A stretch of 64,000 nt of DNA, taken from Capsulimonadaceae bacterium. Lineage in GTDB: Bacteria; Armatimonadota; Armatimonadia; Armatimonadales; Capsulimonadaceae. Shown in pieces: positions 54,078 to 64,000 of the stretch; positions within the stretch are counted from its first letter, which is position 1; every line of letters begins with the position of its first letter. Under the pieces are notes generated by a model. That model ran no database searches. It was not told where the DNA came from and saw nothing but the letters and a program-made list of their open reading frames with translations. The position numbers were made by a program, and so were the translations under genes. The stretch covers positions 3,808,001 through 3,872,000 of the forward strand of contig OZ244065.1 in NCBI GenBank assembly GCA_965215505.1. Direction: 5' to 3'.

Positions 54078-55532
54078 CTAGGGCGCGTCCCGGCCCGCCC
54101 CGGAGATGTCCCGGAGCAGGGTGAAATAGAAGGCCGCGGCGGAGGCCACGGCCACGACCGTCGTGGAAAGCGCGATCCCGGCGATGCCGAAGGACCGGGC
54201 GAAGACGACGTCCAGGATGACGTTGAGGACGATGCCGATGGCGGAGACCGCCAGGGTCCGCCCGTTCATCTTCAGCGCGGAAAGGAGCCGCAGGTACATC
54301 ATGCCTATCGTGTAGAACGGGATCTGGAACGCGAGACAGGCCTGCACCTGGGCGACGAGGTGCGTGTCCTGGGCCGTGAACGCGCCCCGCTGGAACCCGG
54401 CGCGCACGACCGAGAGCGAGAAAACGGCCAGGAGCAGGGACACCGGGATCAGGGCGAGGAGGATCAGGAGGGTGTACCTCCGGGTGTCCCGGCGCAGCCC
54501 GTCCCAGTCGCGGCCCGCCACCAGGCGCGAGAAATGCGGCAGCACGGAGGTGCCCACGGCGGTCGAGGTCACGCCGATGACCATGAGGACGACCTTGCTG
54601 CCGTAGCTGAGGGCGGCGACACTGCCCGGCCCCAGCCGGGCCGCGATCGCCTGGTCGGTCAGCACGCTGCCGCTGAACACCAGAGTCGCCGCCGCCAGGG
54701 GCGCGTGCTGGCGGACCACCTGCCGCAGGTCGGGGTCCATCCCGTGCCACCGGGGCCGCAGCGAGACCCCGCGCCGCCGCAGGCAGATGCCGATCAGGGC
54801 GGCCTCCAGGCACGCCCCGGCCAGCGTCCCGCCGGTCAGCCCCCACGCGCCCCAGGCGCGGACTCCGAAGAAGAGGACGGCGGCCACGACGACCGAGGTG
54901 ATGGCCGGGGCGGCGGCCGGGGCGGCGAACTCCCCTTCCACGTTCAGGACCGCGCCCCAGATGGACCCCAGGCCGGTGACCGCGACGAGGGGCAGCAAGG
55001 CCCAGAACAGCAGGCGCGTGAGGGCCGTCTTTTCGGGGCCGAAGCCCGAGGCCAGCAGGGGCAGGACGGCCGGGAACAGCAGGGCCAGGGCGGCGCTTGC
55101 GAGCAGGAGAAGGCCCAGGCTCCAGAACAGCGCGCCGGCCAGGAACCGCCGGGCCGAGTCCCCCCCCGCGCCCTCGCGGAGCTGGACGTAGGTGGGGACC
55201 AGGGCGCAGGCGAACGAGGTCGCGACGATGTGCATGGTCAGGGCCGGCAGCGAGTAGGCGATCAGGAACGTGTCCAGGGCGTCCCCGATCCCGAGCTGGC
55301 GGGCGACGACGATCTCCTTGCCGGCGGCCAGGAACTTGACCAGCAGCGTCAGGCCGCCGACGGTCAGGAACGTCGCGACTATCCCGCGCCCCGCCGCGCG
55401 CCTCTGCAAAGAGCGCCACCGGCCCACATGCGTCTGGAGCGTGCTGAAGGTCTGGAGCGCGCCGAGCGGGGTGTCGGCCGGGACGGGCATCCGCAGCTTG
55501 TCCGAGGCCCGGATTCTGTCAAAGATGTTCAT
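54078..55532 (-). CDS. MurJ/MviN-like (MOP superfamily) flippase
   Basis: KEIVVARQLG...DTFLIA, LASGF, DQAIAA, LSYG, FQRGAF, GIALST; many TM segments; start ATG 55532. Confidence 0.85.
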   Translation of the reverse strand: MNIFDRIRASDKLRMPVPADTPLGALQTFSTLQTHVGRWRSLQRRAAGRGIVATFLTVGGLTLLVKFLAAGKEIVVARQLGIGDALDTFLIAYSLPALTMHIVATSFACALVPTYVQLREGAGGDSARRFLAGALFWSLGLLLLASAALALLFPAVLPLLASGFGPEKTALTRLLFWALLPLVAVTGLGSIWGAVLNVEGEFAAPAAAPAITSVVVAAVLFFGVRAWGAWGLTGGTLAGACLEAALIGICLRRRGVSLRPRWHGMDPDLRQVVRQHAPLAAATLVFSGSVLTDQAIAARLGPGSVAALSYGSKVVLMVIGVTSTAVGTSVLPHFSRLVAGRDWDGLRRDTRRYTLLILLALIPVSLLLAVFSLSVVRAGFQRGAFTAQDTHLVAQVQACLAFQIPFYTIGMMYLRLLSALKMNGRTLAVSAIGIVLNVILDVVFARSFGIAGIALSTTVVAVASAAAFYFTLLRDISGAGRDAP

Positions 55533-56905
55533 GCCTGGTGCGATGCCTCGGGGGCCGACGGCGGCAGGAGCGGCGAGAGGAGCGCCGACCGCTTCCGGTC
55601 CAGGAACAGCAGCAGGCCCGGCCCGCCGGTCAGCACGAGCAGGCCGTAGGCCAGGACGTGGTGCCGGACCGCCGTCCCCCAGTTGATGGTGCCGAGCGCC
55701 CACAGGAACTCCATCGCCAGGAGCAGGACGCACAGGAACCCGACCCGGCTGCGCGCCTCCCCGACGGAGAGCCGCCACGCGCGCCACGAGGTCCAGAGCA
55801 GGGCCAGCCGCGCCCAGCCTTCCAGCATCGCCTCGATGTCGAGCGGCGAGCCGATCTGCCACGGGAAGGGCGCGAACATGTACTGGATCACCACGGCGGG
55901 CAGGGTGGCGGCGAAGCCCGCCGGCGTCGAGATGTCCAGCATGACGCCGTAGGCGGCGCGCGCATCCTGGACGCTGTGCAGGCGGTAGCTCTGCGCGTAC
56001 TCCAGAGCCTTCCCGGAGGCCAGGGCCGCTCCGGCCCCGCCGAGCTTCTGGAGCGAGGCCGCGGCCACGGCCAGCAGCCCGGCGGCGGCGGCCAGGATGA
56101 GGGCGCGCTTCCAGACGATGCTCGTGGGGCGTCCCGTCCCCGCGCCCCAGTAGAGGCTGAACACGACCAGGAAGAGCGCATACGGGGCCAGGCCGTTGTG
56201 CATCGTACTCAGGCCCGCCGCCGACAGCAGCAGGGCGGTGACGGTGAGCCAGGAGAGGCGGCTGCGGACGCGCAAGGCCCAGTAAGTGGACAGCAGCACG
56301 AAAAGCACCTGCCAGGACTCGCGCAGCGTGACGGACAGGAAGATCAGGACCGAGGGCGCAAGCCCGAACAGGACGACCAGGCCCGCCGAGAAGCGCGACA
56401 TGCCCAGCAGGCCGCAGAGCCGGACGAGGACGGCGCAGGACAGGGCCACGGCCAGGGCGGAGAGTTCCTCCCCCAAGAACTGGGAAACGCCGAACAGGTG
56501 ATAGGCGGCGGCCAGGGAATGCACATAGAAGGCGGTGCCGGTCCCGGCCAGGTTGACCACGTCATAGCCCTGCGCCAGCGCGGCGGCCTGCTGCTGGAAC
56601 ATGACGGCGTCGGTGTCCGCCCCGACGACCGTGCCGACGAAGGCGTTCACGATGGCGACCAGGTGGTGGGCGGTCAGGACGACGACCCCGGCCAGGGCGA
56701 GCCGCCCGTCCCTGCGGAACTCCGGGAAGGCCAGCAGGACCGCATAGGTGAGCGGCAGCAAAGCCCACCCGGCGGCGTCCTGCGGGGAGGCGGCGGCCAG
56801 CAGGGGCAGCGCGCCGCCGGCCGCCAGCCCCAGCCAGGCCAGGACCGGGAACAGGCGCGCGCCGGGCCGCGCTCCGCTCGCCGCCGTGTTCAATAGAATG
56901 CTCAT
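55529..56905 (-). CDS. Polytopic membrane protein, candidate Wzy/GT-C polymerase
   Basis: About 11 TM segments, TLRES, APFPW, NWGTAVRH; located between the chain-length protein and the flippase. Confidence 0.65.
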   Translation of the reverse strand: MSILLNTAASGARPGARLFPVLAWLGLAAGGALPLLAAASPQDAAGWALLPLTYAVLLAFPEFRRDGRLALAGVVVLTAHHLVAIVNAFVGTVVGADTDAVMFQQQAAALAQGYDVVNLAGTGTAFYVHSLAAAYHLFGVSQFLGEELSALAVALSCAVLVRLCGLLGMSRFSAGLVVLFGLAPSVLIFLSVTLRESWQVLFVLLSTYWALRVRSRLSWLTVTALLLSAAGLSTMHNGLAPYALFLVVFSLYWGAGTGRPTSIVWKRALILAAAAGLLAVAAASLQKLGGAGAALASGKALEYAQSYRLHSVQDARAAYGVMLDISTPAGFAATLPAVVIQYMFAPFPWQIGSPLDIEAMLEGWARLALLWTSWRAWRLSVGEARSRVGFLCVLLLAMEFLWALGTINWGTAVRHHVLAYGLLVLTGGPGLLLFLDRKRSALLSPLLPPSAPEASHQA

Positions 56906-58464
56906 CGCGGCACCGCGCCGTTCTGCGCGTCGGCCTTGTGCGCGTCCAGTTTCAGCGCGTCCAGTTTCGGCGCGTCCAGTTTCGGCGCCCGGCGGGGCGG
57001 CTGACGGCGCGCGCACACCAGGTACTCAAAGCAGAGCCAGAGGTTCAGGAGGAACAAGACGGCACCGACGCTGACGCCGGCCAGAACCCCCACGCCCGGC
57101 TTGCCGGCCACGGGCACGCGGCCCTCGTCCACCACGTCCATCAGGCTCCCGCCCGCCACCGTCTGCATGGACAGGATGGCGTACTGGGTCGCCGCCGTCT
57201 TGTAGACCTCCAGGTGCAGGAGGACGTCGTTGCGCTGCCGCTCCACCTCGGCTCCGAACCGGCGGCCCGCTTTGAAGTCGTGTTCCGCCGCGCCGATCTG
57301 CTGCGTGACGGCGGCGTATTTCGCTTGCAGCGCGCCGAGCTGCACGGACGCGGAGGTCCGGCCGCTCTGCACGGCGCGGCTCTGGAGGAGCAGCCGCGCC
57401 TGCGCCTCGCCGAGACGGCGGCGGGCGGCGACCACGTCCGGGTTGTCGTCGGCCAGGTCAATCCGCAGGGTCTCCAGGTCGGCGGAGGCGCGGCGGACCT
57501 GCGCGCGCGCTTCGGCCAGCAGGGGGTCCTCGGCGGGCAGGGCGGACAGGTCCGAGACCGGCCCGGCCGCCAGGCGCGAGGCTCCGGAGCGCTCGGCCTG
57601 GGCCGCCTGGATCTCCGCCGCGAGCTGGCCCCGGCTGATGTAGAGCTGCTGGAGGCTGCCGCCGCGCCCGGCGGCGTCCGCGCCCCCGGCGGCTTTGAGG
57701 GGAGTGCCGTCCCCCGCGTCCCCGACGGGGGCGGGTGCGGCTGAGGAGTCGGCACCCGCGCCGGCGGCGTCGGAGGCGGCGAGGTCAGTCAGACGCCCCA
57801 CGGAGTCGTTGTAGGCGGTGCGCGCCTGGGAGAGCTGTCTGCCGGCCTGGCGCAGCAGGGCCGCTCCGCGGTCGCTGTTGCTCGTTTCCAGATAGCGGCC
57901 CAGGGAGTGGACGTAGGCGTCCGTCGCCTGCTTGGTGGCAGTCCGCACCCGCGCCTCCTGGGCTTTGGAGTCCGGGGCCAGCCGGGGCGGGCCGAGGAGG
58001 GTGACGCCGAGGTAGAGCAGGCCGTCGCTGCGGTCTTCCAGCGTGACCGACTTCTGGATGAGGTCCGTGGCGTCGTCCGCCGTGGGCAGGCCGTAGAGCT
58101 GCCGGATGCCGGCCTGGCGGGCGGCGGCGGCGGCGAATTTGCGGCTGCGGATGACGCCCAGGTAGGACTTGGTGCCCCCGCCGGCCAGGCCCGACAGCGC
58201 GGACAGCGCGCCCCCGGCCCCGCCCGACTCCTGCTGCATGGACAGCGAGGCGGTCGAGGTGAAGGCCGGCGGCACCAGCCGCAAGAGGGCCAGCAGCAGG
58301 GCGGCGGCCAGGAGCGGGCCGAGGACGGCCCCTGGCCTGGCCCGGCGGCGCAGGATCTCGCCCAGCAGGCCCCAGTCGAGGGCGGCCTCCGTGCCGGGTG
58401 CCGTGCCGTGGCCCGGCATCAGGTCGTGTCTCTGCTGTTCCTGCATCGGGTCTTGCATGCTCAT
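56902..58464 (-). CDS. Polysaccharide co-polymerase / chain-length determinant (Wzz/GumC-like), no kinase domain
   Basis: N- and C-terminal TM helices around a coiled-coil region, DDNPDV motif, VVDxxxxP before TM2. Confidence 0.75.
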   Translation of the reverse strand: MSMQDPMQEQQRHDLMPGHGTAPGTEAALDWGLLGEILRRRARPGAVLGPLLAAALLLALLRLVPPAFTSTASLSMQQESGGAGGALSALSGLAGGGTKSYLGVIRSRKFAAAAARQAGIRQLYGLPTADDATDLIQKSVTLEDRSDGLLYLGVTLLGPPRLAPDSKAQEARVRTATKQATDAYVHSLGRYLETSNSDRGAALLRQAGRQLSQARTAYNDSVGRLTDLAASDAAGAGADSSAAPAPVGDAGDGTPLKAAGGADAAGRGGSLQQLYISRGQLAAEIQAAQAERSGASRLAAGPVSDLSALPAEDPLLAEARAQVRRASADLETLRIDLADDNPDVVAARRRLGEAQARLLLQSRAVQSGRTSASVQLGALQAKYAAVTQQIGAAEHDFKAGRRFGAEVERQRNDVLLHLEVYKTAATQYAILSMQTVAGGSLMDVVDEGRVPVAGKPGVGVLAGVSVGAVLFLLNLWLCFEYLVCARRQPPRRAPKLDAPKLDALKLDAHKADAQNGAVPR

Positions 58465-58472
58465 GGACGTGT

Positions 58473-61859
<3,387 letters not shown>

Positions 61860-61957
61860 CAGAGGAATGACTTCCTCTCTGCCGAAGGCTCCTGTTTCCT
61901 GTTCCTTTCATGTCAAGTAGTGACAGGTCAAGCCTTAGCGGGTAAAACACTTGTGCC

Positions 61958-62593
61958 TTGAAACTCACCGCACAAGTCAAACTCGTCGTGACGCCCGACC
62001 AGGCGGACGCCCTCCGAAAGACGATGGCCCAGGCCAACGCTTGCTGCAACCGTCTGTCCGCCTGGGCCTGGGAGAACCAGACGTTCGGCCAGTACGCCCT
62101 GCACAAAGCACGGTATGCGGTGGAGCGTGTGGCGTCCGGGTTGACTGCCCAAGTCGTCGTCCGCTGTAACGGCAAGGTCGCGGACGCCTACAAACTCGAC
62201 AAGAAGACCCGACGCGCTTTCCGTCCCGACGGGGCCATCGCCTACGACGACCGCATCCTGGACCGCATCCTGCGCTGGTACGCCGCAAGAGGCGAAGTGT
62301 CCCTCTGGGCGGTCGGGGGCAGACTGAAACTGCCGTTCGTCTGCGGTGAGTACCAGCGCAGACTCCTCGCCTTCCAACAGGGCGAGAGTGACCTGGCCTT
62401 TCACGGCGGGAACTTCTACCTGCTCACGACCTGTAACCTGCCCGCTCGATTCTTCTGCCTCTGTCGTGGCCTCGACATGAACGCGGATGCGAACGCCGCA
62501 AGTAACATCGGGGTACGGGCGGCTGTAAGAGCGCCTATTGATGCACCCGCGATCGGGTAGCGTCAAGGCTGGCCCCTTTAGGGGTCATTTCCT
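61958..62593 (+). mobile_element. tnpB: IS200/IS605-family tnpB derivative with large in-frame internal deletion, plus right-end hairpin
   Basis: ORF 61958-62560: MKLTAQVKL...ANACCN...KVADAYK...AIAYDDRIL...GESDL...FYLLTTC joined directly to FxCxxxG...ADxNAAxNI; no GVDLG or RuvC-II. Hairpin GGCCCCTTTAGGGGTC then TTAC at 62571-62597. Confidence 0.82.
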
Positions 62594-62785
62594 TACTTCT
62601 CCTCGAAAACCTGGAACGCGGGCGCTCCCCCGAGCGCCCCTCCGACGGCTGCGGGCCTGTCTTATGACACAGCGCGTTGGCCGGCGGCTCCGGTGTATCA
62701 TTCCATTGATGCTGTGGTTTTTACTAGGTTTTTTGTGGGCCGTGATTTTGTGGGGGGCTTGCCGGTCTGGGGAGGCACGCAAGAC

Positions 62786-62815
62786 TTGACGGGCGGTTTT
62801 GCCTTGGGGTATACT
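62786..62815 (+). promoter_or_regulatory. sigma70 promoter of the tRNA gene
   Basis: TTGACG (62786-62791), 18 nt, TATACT (62810-62815). Confidence 0.78.
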
Positions 62816-62827
62816 GTGCGAGGTTGC

Positions 62828-62901
62828 GGCGGAGTAGCTCAGCTGGTTAGAGCGACGCACTCATAACGCGTAGGTCGTGGGTTCAAGTCCCTCCTCCGCT
62901 A
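62828..62901 (+). tRNA. tRNA-Met(CAT), probably elongator
   Basis: Acceptor GGCGGAG/CTCCGCT, D arm TAGCTCAGCTGGTTAGAGC, anticodon loop CTCATAA, T loop GTTCAAGT. Lacks the initiator GGG/CCC anticodon stem. Confidence 0.92.
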
Positions 62902-62925
62902 TCCAAAAACAGAGATGGAAAAGAC

Positions 62926-62968
62926 AAAGGCTCAGGGCCGCTTTTATGCAGCCCTGGGCCTTTGTTGT
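62926..62968 (+). terminator. Intrinsic terminator downstream of the tRNA
   Basis: AAAGGCTCAGGGC...GCCCTGGGCCTTTGTT hairpin with T tail. Confidence 0.65.
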
Positions 62969-63122
62969 GATGGGACTGATCCGGTCCCGATACGGCGTCT
63001 TCGCCATGGGTATAACCCGGCGCGTTGGTCGCGGCGCGTTGGTCGTGGTGCGTTGCGAACCCGGCCCTGAAGGGCCGGACGGACGTCGCGGCGAGGCGTC
63101 ATGACTCCCGCCTCAACCCGCT

Positions 63123-63449
63123 TCAACCCGGCGTCGGCAGGGTGTCGTAGACCTGGACGCGGCTCCAATACTTGCCGCACTCGGCGATGAAGCGCAGATG
63201 GTCGGGGTGGTCCTGGTAGACGTCGTGCGCGGCGGCGTCTGCGAACTCGACCAGGAGTGCGACGCCGTAGGAGTTGTCCACGACCGCGCGCCCGGTGCCG
63301 GCGGGGGACCCGACGGTCAGCCGCAGGACGCCGGGGATGCCGGCCAGGTGGGCGGTGCAGCCCTCGGCCAGCCGGGCGGCGTCTTCGGGGCCGGCGTCCG
63401 GATGCAGCCAGAAGAATACGGTGTGGAAAAAGCCAGTCGTTTGCGGCAT
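63123..63449 (-). CDS. Dabb-family stress-responsive alpha/beta barrel protein
   Basis: HTVFFWL, IPGV, VVDNSY, YQDHPDH, VYD; AAAGG SD. Confidence 0.88.
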   Translation of the reverse strand: MPQTTGFFHTVFFWLHPDAGPEDAARLAEGCTAHLAGIPGVLRLTVGSPAGTGRAVVDNSYGVALLVEFADAAAHDVYQDHPDHLRFIAECGKYWSRVQVYDTLPTPG

Positions 63450-63736
63450 GGGTTTGAGCCTTTCTAAGAGGGTGCAGGAGCCTTAAGGCGGGACCAGAAT
63501 GGCCGCGCCGCCGTCCGTCACCTTTTATGATACCCGGCAGAGCAAGGGCCGGGGGTGGTATACCACCCCCGGCCTGCTCTTGTTCCGCTTCGCTGTTTGC
63601 AATGCCATCACCGACAACGCACTCCTAATTATGGCGTCCGGCCGAGAAATCTATAGGCCGCCGTATTAATGTGAGGTTACGAACAAAATTCGGTGGGATG
63701 GCAGGAAGAGGAGGCCGCCGCGTGGAACCGACCGGC

Positions 63737-64000
63737 ATGATGCCCCTGTCCCATCGCGCCGCCCTCGGCCTGCTGCTGTTTTTCCCCTTCCTGACGCCCC
63801 TGGCGGCCCGCGCCGACCCGCCGCCTGCCGTCCCGCCCCCGATCCCCGCGCCGGCAGTGGAGACTCCGGACACGCTAGGCGCGGTCTGGGTGCCGGCCGC
63901 GCCCGGCAACTTCCAGCCGTCTCAGCGTCCCTCGGCTGCGCTCCCGATAGACCGCATCGTCATCCACGACATCGAAGGCACGTCGGGCGAGGCGATCCGC
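63737..64000 (+). CDS. Secreted N-acetylmuramoyl-L-alanine amidase (Amidase_2), 3' truncated by window edge
   Basis: MMPLSHRAALGLLLFF...ARA signal, Pro-rich linker, WVPAAPGNF...IDRIVIHDIEG (Zn-binding His motif). Confidence 0.78.
   Translation, partial: MMPLSHRAALGLLLFFPFLTPLAARADPPPAVPPPIPAPAVETPDTLGAVWVPAAPGNFQPSQRPSAALPIDRIVIHDIEGTSGEAIR

Noticed and set aside
61958-62560. Active TnpB/Cas12f-like nuclease
   Set aside because: Two of the three RuvC catalytic motifs are missing and there is no tnpA or CRISPR array.
62538-62789. Small hydrophobic ORF (MLWFLLGFLWAVILWG...)
   Set aside because: No SD, overlaps the tnpB end and the tRNA promoter; hydrophobicity follows from a T-rich tract.
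62828-62901. tRNA as an integration site for a prophage or island
   Set aside because: No duplicated tRNA 3' end and no integrase in the window.

Overview
High-GC bacterial chromosome segment; gene content and sequence style suggest a soil lineage such as Armatimonadota (inference only). In order: (1) 1-16142, ten CAZyme genes on the + strand for galactan/arabinogalactan-type plant glycans (GH35-like, GH27, two CE1-like esterases, GH29, GH2, GH53, four GH43-clan proteins). (2) copZ-copA, a HAD-IIA phosphatase and a small hypothetical gene. (3) 20204-43160, almost entirely minus strand: an mcrC-mcrB pair in reversed order with an AT-rich N-terminal McrB cassette, two small beta-barrel proteins, serA and serC separated by relics (a decayed parDE-like module, a repeat element, a Cys-rich ORF), DUF1854, a hxlR/qorB pair, a photolyase, a coupled HEAT-exonuclease-MFS-GNAT-GNAT operon, an AbiL-like AAA+RloB pair, and an ABC exporter behind a promoter-uORF-terminator leader. 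(4) 43964-61859, a surface polysaccharide locus. (5) An internally deleted tnpB, tRNA-Met(CAT), a Dabb protein and a truncated amidase. Intergenic regions carry several families of REP/REPIN-like palindromic elements, some nested. No CRISPR array and no intact transposase were found. All calls come from motifs read by eye; no database search was run.
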